From: Styela clava
Lineage: Eukaryota
NCBI RefSeq assembly: GCF_964204865.1
Contig: NC_135256.1
Span: forward strand, 12,834,001-12,898,000
Length of the DNA stretch: 64,000 bases
Direction of reading: 5' to 3'
The position numbers were made by a program, and so were the translations under genes. The notes under the pieces are model-generated. The model had not been told where the DNA came from and made no database searches. It worked only from the letters and a program-made list of their open reading frames with translations. Every line of letters starts with the position of its first letter. The first letter of the stretch is position 1. Below are positions 1-10,864 of this stretch, piece after piece.

Positions 1-85
1 ATCTTTTGAACACATCCACAGGTTTATGTAATACATCACCGACCTTAAACGAACTGGAACTTAGAACATTTTTATCTTGTCGCAA

Positions 86-1423
86 AACCTGAATCCTAAC
101 CGGTACACACTAGAGATGTACCGATGTATCGGATATCGGTATCGGCAATATCGGCCATTTTTTCGGTATCGGCCATGTATCGGTATCGGTTAGATTAAGG
201 CCGATATTTCCGATATATTAAACTTTTTGATATGGTCCAGAACGTTTAAAAGATTAGTTGGAATACTACTTTTTAATTTATTTTTTGTCTGGAGAGATTG
301 TGAGCTATGAGCCATACATGTCCCCACCCCCGTGAGAAAATATTCACATGTTTTTAGCTATTTATCAGCCAAACTAGCTCAACTAATTTAGATATTTTCG
401 CTGTCAAATTTTTATATTGACATTTTTAATATTACATAGTAATTATGAAGAAATATATCAACACAGCACATAACAAAAAGCAATCAGGCGCCCGGTTTTA
501 AATCATACAGTGGAATTGGGGTCCTTATTAACGGCACATAGACTTTTGGCACAGGTATAAATTCTGACTGTTTGTCGTCAAGTACGAGTGTCATTTAGTC
601 CGTCGACATCGATTAACTAAATTCCGACACAATTATCTCTCTACGCAGGTATTAATTTTAATTTTGTTTAACTACACAACTACTTTATAGATATATTGAC
701 ATGACCGCCTAGCCCTAGACTGTCTCAAAATATATGATTGCAATTGTAAAATATTATAAAATCTATTTCGTTGAGAGATCATGTTATTTTTACTAAAAAA
801 AACTCCTCGACGGTTATAGGTAGGCCTTCTTTTTGTTGGTGCTGATTGATATTCTTTATTCATGTTGGCATTGACTTGTTGCGTCGACGATTACGATTAG
901 CCACGAAATACAATATTTGTAAAATGCTTTTAATTTGAACGTAGGACGGCGGCGCTAGAATATGTGGGTGATATTCGATATTCTTTTAAACACGAATAAC
1001 GATATTCGAAGGTCGCGATATTAACATTAAATTCAAATTTGACATCCCGGCTTATGAGTTTTCTAATTGAACACCGAGATTACTAGCGTTACTGTACAAT
1101 GTATCTTAATCAGTTAAAGCAAACTCCAAACATTAATTTCATATTATGTGATATATCTTTTTTTTCGATCTGAAATAATGTGTACTATGAACAACGCTCA
1201 TAGACCATTGTTTTAACCCGTCTGCCCTACACAGCACCCCTAATTAAGTAATAATTACATAGTATCGGTATCGGGAATATCGGCCTTCTTATAGTATCGG
1301 TATCGGCGTTTTTAGCTGGTATCGGATCGGTATCGGCGACAAAAGTGGTATCGGTACATCTCTAGTACACACATACTATGTTCAGGTTGTGCGCCATCTT
1401 GGTGCGCATACTTCTGGAGGTCC
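86..1423. mobile_element. Host MITE (right arm) interrupted by the hAT element
   Basis: 1380-1423 GTTCAGGTTGTGCGCCATCTTGGTGCGCATACTTCTGGAGGTCC matches the right TIR of the palindromic MITE at 15041-15150. Removing the hAT restores CCTAACCGGTACACACATACTATGTTC, similar to the copy at 6903-6965. The left arm probably lies upstream of the window. Confidence 0.7.
111..1364. mobile_element. Non-autonomous hAT-type DNA transposon (1254 bp) in the last MCM7 intron
   Basis: Perfect 15-bp TIRs TAGAGATGTACCGAT (111-125) and ATCGGTACATCTCTA (1350-1364). Exact 8-bp target-site duplication GTACACAC (103-110 and 1365-1372). Dense subterminal TATCGG/CCGATA repeats at both ends. No transposase ORF seen. Confidence 0.9.
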
Positions 1424-1602
1424 TATTTTTATCAATATTTTTTTTATTGTTAATCAATGGGCCTTAATTGGTAAAGTTAGGATCGTATTATATTTCGATT
1501 ATAATATATACAACTCAATTCTATAAATTTGAATTAATCTAAGTGATCAGAAATTGATTTTGCTTGTTAGGTTTATTTAATAGTAACAAATCTATTTTTT
1601 AG

Positions 1603-1816
1603 ACAACAACGACCTACAGACCTCATCTATCAAATCATTCGTGAGATGGCTCCTGATACCGGCGTTCCAATGGTGCGATTGACCGAAGCCAAGCAGAGAT
1701 GCGTTGCCAAAGGTTTTACTCCAGATCAGTTTGAAGAAGCGGTGGAAGAATATGAGGCTCTCAATGTGTGGCAACTCAATGCAGCCAAGTCCAGAATTAC
1801 TTTTGTAAATGTTTAA
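1603..1816 (+). CDS. MCM7: DNA replication licensing factor MCM7, last coding exon (C-terminal winged-helix region); 5' part outside the window
   Basis: After acceptor TTTTTTAG (AG 1601-1602, phase 2) it reads QQRPTDLIYQIIREMAPDTGVPMVRLTEAKQRCVAKGFTPDQFEEAVEEYEALNVWQLNAAKSRITFVNV*. This closely resembles the recognisable MCM7 C-terminus (QRPxD...AEQRCVSRGFTPAQF...EYEELNVWQVN...RITFV). Not in the ORF track. Confidence 0.95.
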
Positions 1817-2339
1817 ATTCAATTAAATCTAATTGATTTGCGCTATGACTGATCGCCAGATTGTTTCTGTGCTACATGCTAGAGTAAAGAAAAATTGCAT
1901 ACTTGAGCACAAAACACAATATTTTCTTATTTTAACTGCTGCTGTTTCTTCTTTTTCCCAGTGCTGAACTTTAACCACTGCCTTTTTATTTGTAATATAT
2001 TTTTCATGTGGGATATTGGTGAGCTAAATGGAGGAATCTGTAATTATTGATTGCTTTCACCATTCATGTTTTTTGTCACACATGTATTGAGTTATTGATG
2101 GACTGGCAAAAACGTTAGAATGTCTAAATTGAAGCATATTCTTGTGAATACTTTTTTTCGGTGTAATTTTTTCTGTTTTGCTTGGGTGCCAAATTTCGAT
2201 TGTTTTATCATGCTTCGGTTCTCCACACAATCATAACTTACTAATTTGGTTTCATGGATTTTGAGAAACCCTTGCCACTGCCATCATGTTTAGCTGCTAT
2301 TAGTCGTTTTATGTAACTTTGTACACATTTGTTGATATA

Positions 2340-2345
2340 AATAAA
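2340..2345 (+). terminator. Candidate MCM7 polyadenylation signal
   Basis: AATAAA about 520 nt after the MCM7 stop, followed by T/G-rich sequence. A further AATAAA lies near 2394. Confidence 0.45.
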
Positions 2346-2457
2346 ATGTTTCAGTTGAATTCCTGGTTTTGGCTTTGCCATTTCTATCATTCTAATAAAT
2401 AATAGGAATTCAATGCGCTACTACTATTGGTACAACTGCTGGCTGCTATAACTGACG

Positions 2458-2700
2458 AACGTTTCCCAACCAGGGAGGAATTTTAATGTTCTTGGGAGGG
2501 AGTTTGGAGTCGGTTCCACAATATTGTTTAGATATTTAGTAGTTATAGAAATATTAGGTGCGAGTTATGCGTAGCATTCTTAGGACTCATTACGTATTTA
2601 TCAAATAACGGAATTTTCTGTTTGGTGGGGGAGGAATAAAGACTCCAAAATAGGCAACGGAGAAATCTATCGTTTGCGAAAAAAAGTTTGGGGACCACTG
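2458..2700. mobile_element. Degenerate hAT/Charlie-like MITE remnant
   Basis: Left GTTTCCCAACC and right GTTTGGGGACCACTG resemble CAGTGGTTCCCAA-type inverted ends. No clear TSD. Confidence 0.35.
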
Positions 2701-3737
2701 ATTTAGCGCAACGTGATCGAAGCATCCTCCGAACAATTTGACTTCGGTCGTGTATCGCTGTTCCAACCTGCGGCTGCAGTTTTATTTCAAATCTTCAGCT
2801 CAATTTTTTATTATCTCTGGTTATCCTGGTGTTTAAACAGTACCTGAGTGAGAGGATGTGGTCGGCCAGATGATTGGATCGGTTTATCGACTTGTTTATT
2901 CTTATCAATTTGGGTGTTTAATGAAGCTTGAAAATGCAGAACAATACATTTTCAATAACCGATCTGATCGTAGGCTATTTTATATTATTTGGTATGTAAA
3001 AATAATCACTTATGAGCTTGGCTGCGAACAACAGAGTCGAAGTTTAGAGAATGTCTCATTCACACCAAAATGTCAAACATGGTGCTAATGTAAATTTCCT
3101 CCTTTTGCAGCAGTCAGCGTATTTTGGTGCAGCAAAAGCGATACTAGTTGGGGTACGTTTTCCTCAACCGGCACTTTTGTAATTGGGGTCGAATCGCCTT
3201 ACGTTAGAAATATGCAGTGTCTATATGGTTACAACGTGTTGGGTATTCGTTTGTTATATCAGAAGTAGTAACTTACCTGCCTTTGCTGTTGAGCTAGGTT
3301 TATCTTGACGTATATATATCTCATTTACATAAAAACTTGATGAAATGTTAAGATTTTGAAGAAATTTGATGAATGACAGTTTCATTCGTGTCAAGGCAAA
3401 CGATAATTCAAATACCCAACTATAGCATTTGACGACAAAATGCGTTTTGCATTAACTGACTGAAATCCGCCGAAAATATGAAGTTATTATCTAAAAAAAA
3501 TCCGCCTCCCATCGGGAATTAAGAAACCTTTTCTCTCTTCCGGCAATATTATTTTTCGTTTTTGAGATACGGAACAATGTTTGCACTTTTTATACTTTAT
3601 TGCCGGTAATTCTTTTTTTATTCCATAATCGAAGACTAAACTACTTTGATTTTTTTTTCAGTCATGCACCGACACCCCCTAGCATAAAATCACTTGTTAA
3701 TTCAATTCCTTTATGTGACAACTCGATCTAGACATTG

Positions 3738-4003
3738 TAGGACTTTGAAGTCGGAGCCGGAGTTTGGTCTGCTTTCACCGGCTTTGTATTTTCAAAGTTC
3801 AAATTCTGAATTGACCGGAGTCAGGAGCCAGAATTGCAGAATTTCAATGGCAATAAAAACATCAAAATTTTCTACAGAAACAAATTTGGATTTTTTTAAA
3901 TCTGGAGTCTGAGACGAAATTATCGTATATACAGGTCAAATTTTCATTCAACGCGAGTTCGGGAGTCCAATGTAAACTGTTCTCTACTGACTCCACAGCA
4001 CTA
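3738..4003. mobile_element. Degenerate DNA-transposon remnant with GGAGTC subterminal repeats
   Basis: Imperfect inverted ends TAGGACTTTGAAGTCGG and CTGACTCCACAGCACTA, with repeated GGAGTC/GGAGCC motifs inside. A related fragment lies near 61081-61178. No intact TSD. Confidence 0.4.
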
Positions 4004-6019
4004 CCAGACAAGATATCACAAAAAGTATGAACATAGTCAAGTACGTCAACGACATCAATCAATTATCTAAATTCTAGGTAATTAATTACTAATAGTGTGG
4101 TAGGTTACTAAAACACACACCAGAACGGTTAATTTAGAATTGAATTAGGAACAGAATTTAACCTCAGCTGATCGTTTCCTTTGGCTAGAAATTTATTCGT
4201 GTCGCAGGCGTGAGAAAACCTTTTGAAATTGTAAATGCTTATACAGAAATGCCAACCCATAGAACTCTCTAACAGACTGTTAAAAGTTAGGTACAGAACA
4301 GCACGAGCGAAAGCCGCCAAAATGTATGTATATATGCACAACGAAAGGAGATGAATGATAGTTTCATATCGACATTTTCCCGCTTATTTAACGTTGTCCA
4401 AGCAAGTAACTTATGATGGGCTAAAATATCATTTGTCTAATTGTTACCAACCCAACTGTTTGATAGACCGGGCTACTGATTTCAATCAGCTTATCCATGG
4501 AGATGACTCAAATCGTTTGATGTAGCACTGAAATATATCAGAGTTCCTATGAGTGTTCCTATGTAAAATATGGGCTGAAAGAATTAGGTAAATTGAACGA
4601 TAAGAAGTTTACTATCAAACTTTAATAATTGAAAAATGTAACAAATAAACTGTGTAAATAAACTGTGTTTTTTTGAGTCTAGAATAAATAAAATCTGATA
4701 ATATAAATTATAGATCCCCATTATGGGAACACTGTAAATTGGCGGGTCATATCACGCTACAGAAGCTTAGTCAGGATGTGAGAGCCACGATTATATTGTC
4801 TTCCTGCCGCTTCAATATCATATAATACATTGCATATTCTGCTGTGTTTTCTTACACTTCGCATGCACAGCTGTTTTCTATGTAGGCGGTAGAACAGGAT
4901 ATAACGTAGGAATACTGTGCTTGGTGAACAGGGGAATTCTTCACAAGCTATGTGTGTTGGTTTTAGAAACAATTGAATATATCTACATAAAAACTGTTGC
5001 GTAGTTTTAACAACAGTTTCAGCATGGTACGGGGCAGGGAGTCGTGGACGTCGGACGGCATAATTATAATGAGGAATTTCGGATCTGGAGTTGTGTGCTG
5101 TGATGTCGGCCTAGTACGAAAGCTACATCCAATCATTTATTTTCGAGTATTTAAACAGTTTATTCAAATGCAGACGCGAGGAAGAGAGGCACGAATATTT
5201 CAAGATCCGCAAACCATACACTTACATTGTCAGAGTCCCCTGACCAGCAGATACCAACGCTACATATGGCGTACATAAATAGAGGCAGGTTTTATTTTGT
5301 CGTAATCGTGACTGATATGGAAGAATTAAAAACGCTGAACGAAATACAGAGTGGTTGCACGGAAGTTCATTTTTGTTTATAGCAGGGATCAACAGGATAT
5401 CATAATTGGCAATTTGCTTCAAATTCACCCGTGAGTTCGTAATGAGTGATTCTGCAAAATGGCGACGTTTGTAGTACACTTTTACCCGAACAAGATCGTT
5501 TCAAATACTTTATACATTGGGACGACTGGAATTGATTGAATTCATTTTTAAACTTATTTTATTACATTAAACTCGTTCCTTTTTAACGTATAACGCTCAA
5601 CCTATTTGTTTCACAGTATTCGTAGCTAATTATGTGATTACGATTAACGACAAAGTGTCAAGTTCCAGTATCAGGTCAGTATATTAACAGGCACATTTTA
5701 TTCATGCTACGAATGTAAAGGCGAACGATTGGATATTTTAGTTATACTACATTGGCAAATAGGAGCAACGCGTAGCTATGTACATTTTAAATTGTAATTG
5801 TACACTTGTGGAATTATGTTTGCAAGTGTACAAAGCAGGTTATCTACAATGTGTGATGTGGTCGAAAAAATATCAACGACGAATGACCAGTATAAGGGGA
5901 ACTTTTCAACGACTCAACTGCGAATTTCCGATTAGTAAATGATTATACTAAATTGTGTGTATGCGCGCCAGGAAAGAAAAACACCGATTCACTGATAAGT
6001 GATATCCTAATACTTATTA

Positions 6020-6027
6020 TGACGTCA
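6020..6027. promoter_or_regulatory. Full palindromic CRE (TGACGTCA) upstream of the first coding exon of gene A
   Basis: Exact consensus about 190 bp upstream of the acceptor at 6216. Function unproven. Confidence 0.25.
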
Positions 6028-6176
6028 ATTCCGGTTCAATGAGTTATTATGTAAATATGTAACGAAGACTGACCGTATAAAGTTGTTTCCTGGTGCCACA
6101 GCTATTCCATAGAAATAAAAATCGCTGGCACTATTTCGCCGCTTGTACAGGATAAGCTATGTTCTTTCTTATACTA

Positions 6177-6200
6177 ATATATATATATATATATATATAT
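6177..6200. repeat. (AT)12 microsatellite
   Basis: Perfect dinucleotide run ending 16 nt before the gene A exon that starts at 6217. Confidence 0.9.
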
Positions 6201-6238
6201 GTATTTTGTGTTGCAGTATCAACATTTGAGTGACAAGT

Positions 6239-6345
6239 ATGCAAGAAATAAATTTAGAACATCTTCAAGAAGACGAAGTTCAACTTATTCTAAAAGTATT
6301 GGAGAGAGATGCAAAGATACAAAAGCGAGAAGATGCACGGCGACG
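6239..6345 (+). CDS. Gene A coding exon 1: Slp-homology domain part 1 (SHD1, Rab27-binding helix) of a synaptotagmin-like/exophilin-5 (Slac2)-like protein
   Basis: Acceptor TTGCAG at 6211-6216, ATG at 6239. Reads MQEINLEHLQEDEVQLILKVLERDAKIQKREDARR, matching the SHD1 pattern (IDLSxLxEEExxxILxVLxRDxxLxxxExxR). Phase-2 donor CG|GTATGT. Confidence 0.88.
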
Positions 6346-6902
6346 GTATGTTAATTGATTGTGGTGCAAACGCGTATCAGCTTATAAATTTGTCTATAAC
6401 TAGGGATTTGTACAAAAAGAATTATTTTAAAACAATTGCTTCAAATCAAGTTTTTTTTTGCCTTTTTTTGTTCAAATGGCTGTACTCTTTGATTTTTTGT
6501 ATTAAATAGGTTGAAGAAAAATGGATGTAAAACTTGCCAAGCGCTTCTTATTTGCAATAAATCCTTCGAAACGCCACAAATATAGATAAAGGCCCATACA
6601 CACCTTCTCAAGCTGTAGTTCAGTGCGACCACAAACGTGGTTGTCGCAGTAAGACGCAACCGATGAGCCATTATGCGAACGACCCTGCGACGAAACCACC
6701 TTGCGAAAATTGAAATGCGATCAAATAAATGAATTTATATAACTTTGGAAAAATTCAATTACTTCAGCCTTAAGAACAAAGTATGCTGAGCATAAATAAA
6801 ATGAACAGTATTAACCGCAATTATGTCTACTGCGAGTGTCACTTAGCTAGTCTCCGAACTCGTAATAGAACTTAAATAAGGAAAATTGGAATAAAATTAT
6901 GG

Positions 6903-6965
6903 CCTAACATACACATACTACGTTCCGGTGTCCGCCATCATTGTGCACATACTTCTGGTGCGCCC
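6903..6965. mobile_element. MITE arm, related to 1373-1423 and 15041-15150
   Basis: CCTAACATACACATACTACGTTCCGGTGTCCGCCATCATTGTGCACATACTTCTGGTGCGCCC aligns by eye with the other copies. Confidence 0.6.
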
Positions 6966-7887
6966 CTTGATTTATGTCAATACATAAATTCAAAATCCTT
7001 ATTATGGTGTCAGGTGTCATAACAAATTAGTCTGGCGTCCTTGCATCAGAAGACTATTGCAATAAGCATAGCCTAGGTTAGGGTGTCTCCTCGTTTAAAT
7101 CAGTAGATTGCCGCCGATGTGAGTATATTCTTCATTATCGTAACGCACTCGTTTTGTCGAAGACTGTCCTTGATCCAATTGCTTTTGTGGTAGGCTCGTG
7201 AGCTAAATTTCATGATTTTTCTTACTCAAAACGTCTCTCTGGTATCTCGGATAAACATTCCGGTTACAATCTTATAACTTTGTTGTAAATACAAACGTTG
7301 CGAAAAATGTACGCAAGTCAAAACAAAAATTGTTACTTACGTTTTTGAAATTATAATTCCGGCAGCGTATGCAACGTTTTGGCTTAGTTTCGCGGCGATG
7401 CAAGGGGTACCTAAATGAAAAATACAGAAAAAATTGATTTAAAACAAGCCCTTGTTTTAAAACACGATATTTTTTTTAGAATTGATAAAAAAACAAAACC
7501 CTATCTATAACTATCTTTAGTTACCAACTAGCAGCCCCATTTTCAACACTGTTACCGCTTTCTAGCAGCTTCACTTTCTTTGGTATTTGGAAAATTACAC
7601 CAAACCAGTTACTAATATACAACCTACCTATTGTTTCTTAATCCGGGATCGCGGTTCATAATTTGACTCATACGACGGTAAAGATAAAACAAAATCGTGA
7701 GTTTATCTCAATCGTTTCATGGAAGCAGACAGTAAGCGTTGAGTTTTTCTGGATTAAAGCTATTGCATTAATGTTCGGTTGACTGTAAGAATGTGTATTA
7801 CATTTTCGAATATTGAAAACCATTCGCAGTTTTACTCAAATGCATAAATTCCCTGTTTGTTATCGTTTTTATATCTATTTCATTCAG

Positions 7888-8042
7888 GAGATTACAAAGC
7901 TCCATCAAAGGTGAAAGAATTCCTGAAAAGAGGTTGTCGATTCACATCAGAACAGGAGACTGGATGTCAGACATGACAGCAGCTACGCGCTCGCTTAAAA
8001 AAAGAGGAACAGATCTAGTGAGAGCTTCAATTAGGCGCAAAG
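7888..8042 (+). CDS. Gene A coding exon 2: SHD2 (155 nt)
   Basis: Acceptor CATTCAG, phase 2 in and phase 1 out (G|GTATAA). Reads RLQSSIKGERIPEKRLSIHIRTGDWMSDMTAATRSLKKRGTDLVRASIRRK, containing the SHD2 (S/T)GxW motif and the GxDLVRASIRRK helix typical of Slp proteins. Confidence 0.88.
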
Positions 8043-8673
8043 GTATAATTACCTTAGAGCAAATGATCTTCGATTGATATTAAATCACCCTAAATGATTT
8101 TCCTTCGCAAATATGACTTTAAAATCACCAGGCAGAGCAATCGATGAAATTGACCGTTGTATGACTGGCTTGATCCATATTGTGCCAGACCTACTTATTT
8201 TGTTTGTGCGTTGTGATTTTTGTTTTGAGCCTAATGTTTCTCCCTTCGGGACAGGTCCCGATCGTACAAACTCATTTACGCCGTACTCTTTTTACTTGCC
8301 CACTATAGAATAGAATAGATGCAACGTTAAAAAATAATTTCTAAAACTACTTATCGACCCATACCTAAATCTTATTTCTTCATTTGGAACATCTAAAATA
8401 AACACTTACATAGCAATGCTATTTATGACATGAGTCAGTAACTTGCTCACTTCCAATTTTGAGTAATTCACGATCGCGTTTCAGATAAATTCGTCTGTCT
8501 CAAATCTCATAATTATTGTGTTTACACTAACCACTAACCGATCACCCTATGCATTGTTAACATGGTACATCTTAGTGATTTAACAAAACAAATTAATTAC
8601 GAGTTTTTTTAAATTATCAAGTACGGTCACTTCTTTACGGCACTTAATGATTCAAACGATTTCTATGTTTCAG

Positions 8674-8730
8674 ATACGACAAAGTCAAATGACACCGACG
8701 GAGAAAAATTGGAATCCAAAAGTGCGCAAG
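8674..8730 (+). CDS. Gene A coding exon 3 (57-nt phase 1-1 microexon)
   Basis: TTTCAG acceptor and CAAG|GTAGTC donor. Reads DTTKSNDTDGEKLESKSAQ and keeps the frame between exon 2 and the terminal exon. Confidence 0.75.
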
Positions 8731-8984
8731 GTAGTCCTATATATTTTTTCAAAATGAATCGCAAAAAATAGTTCAGTAGTAGTAATTATTATTATAAGTT
8801 CATATTTAAAATATATATTTCTTTTGTGTGAATTGGTTAGAAAGCGACTAGACGATTAAATTAGACGATTTCTCTTCTAAATCTATTGGCAGAGATAATT
8901 GAAACTTCAACGTGAAACACTCATCTCATCTATTGCTCCACGCACGTATATGAATTTGTATCTATTTTTTTCATTTTCTCATAG

Positions 8985-10864
8985 AGTCTGAACATATTGC
9001 TGAGAATGATCATGAGGGCCAAAAGTTTGGGACCAAACCCACAGCAATTGTCACTCCAACAAATAAATCACCTGTTAGGAGAACTTCGATTCGAAAAAAG
9101 AAAACATCATCTAAGCAAGAAAAACAGATCAAAGAGGTCAAATTTGACACTGACAAGACCGAAAAGTATATCTACGAACAGGCGAACCTTGAGACTGGTA
9201 GTCAGGAATCTTTATTAATAGATACGGATGTCAAGAAGGTACCAACTATTGTCATTGACGACAGCGATGTTGCATTGGAACTCGAGGACAAAATAAAAAA
9301 TTCTGACGATTCTGCAGAACTAGACAAGACTACAGATGAACCGGTCTCCTATGATGATAAGATCTATTCATCAAGTGCTACATTTGAAAATTTCCACAAT
9401 TCCATCGGAAAAGATATGCATAAACCAGACGAAAAAAATGAAGAAAACATCATTTCAGCTGATACACAAGGAAGCCCTAAAAGCGAGAAACCTGTCTCAG
9501 ATGAACCACTTACCGGCAAGAAAAAAATTCGAGTCGTGAAACGTAAAGGAAGTTCAAGAAGAAAACCAAGTCCTAAAATTACTGACGATAGCAGCCGTAA
9601 TACTCTCTTCAGCATGCCAGATGAAGAAAAGCCGGACCACGATAAATCAGACCTGAACAAAGAAACGGAGACTTTGCAGGATCAAGTGGAGGAAAATACC
9701 CACGGAGAGACTGATACTCCAATAGCTGAATTATCTTCCAAACCCGACGTTGTTGATATGGCTCCCATTGCTAAAAAGATACATGAAAATGTCCAGACAT
9801 CCTACTTAGCAGATCAAGACCCTGTTCAAGATCACAATGTAAAAGAATTAGTAGAAGAAACTGTGAAACCTTTGTTAAACTACGTCGACGAAATTGAAGT
9901 ACCAAAAGAGGAAAATGATAAGGAAGAATCTGTTTCTGAAATTGTACTCGACCAAATTAAGGATGTTCCAATAGCTGTTGATGTCTTCAAAACTGACACA
10001 AGTTATGTCGCCGAAGAAAAAATCGACGAACAGATCGCGAAAATATCAAAAGTTGAAAATGTAGCATTATTTGATGAAAAAGAAAACAAACAACAAGTCG
10101 AAGAACCTAATGTAGCTACAGAAGATAAAGGAAGCGTTAACCAAGATTTAACGGTAACGGTATTTGAAACCGTGAAACCAGTCGGAGCTATTGCTTTTGA
10201 TACATATGCTATAGCGGAGCAGGTGGATAAAAATAAAGATAACGAAGATACAAATGAAATGAACACCGACTTGGAACACCTGTCGGTCGATGAAAATAAA
10301 GAGAATAGGGACAAAAAAGAAACGAAAACGGACTTGGAAACTCAGATGGGAGATTTGTTGAGCTCAATGTCGGCTACATACGACTCTATGATGCCAAGTA
10401 TAGACAAAAAGGATCTTGATGAAGTTGTAGCTTCCCCCGAAAAGCATGAGTCACAGACTGAATCTATTGCCACCAAAGATTTTGCCTCATTAGAGAATAT
10501 ACAACAATATTCACCACAACAGGAAAATTTTAAGCTTTCACAAGATACAAACGGACAGGATATATCTGGTGAAACAATTGTGGGAAATTTGGTTGAGGAA
10601 GTGTTGAATACCACGGAGCCTATTGCGGCGGAAATCGAGGAGACATCTGAAGAAAAACCCACACATGACAAACCAAAGAAGAAAGTTGTCAAAAAAATTG
10701 TCAAGAAGAAAAAGGCAACAGATGAAGAACAAGGTTCACCAAAATCGGAGGGAGCTACAGGAAAAGAAAATGATGAAAATTCACCCAAAAATTTATCCAA
10801 ACTTTCGAGAACCAGAACCGTGCGAAAAAAGGTCGTAAGAAAACCACCCCCTCCTCAAACGTGA
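8985..10864 (+). CDS. Gene A terminal exon: acidic, low-complexity tail with polybasic clusters (whole protein about 732 aa)
   Basis: Polypyrimidine tract plus TAG acceptor (8982-8984), phase 1. The frame is open from 8985 into the 9275-10864 ORF, so the ORF track's TTG start is not the real start. E/D/K/T/S-rich, ending KKKVVKKIVKKKK...RTVRKKVVRKPPPPQT*. No C2 domain. Confidence 0.88.

Noticed and set aside
111-215. TATCGG repeats as a CRISPR array or satellite
   Set aside because: The spacing is irregular and the repeats lie inside the TIRs and TSD, so they are transposon subterminal repeats. The context is also eukaryotic.
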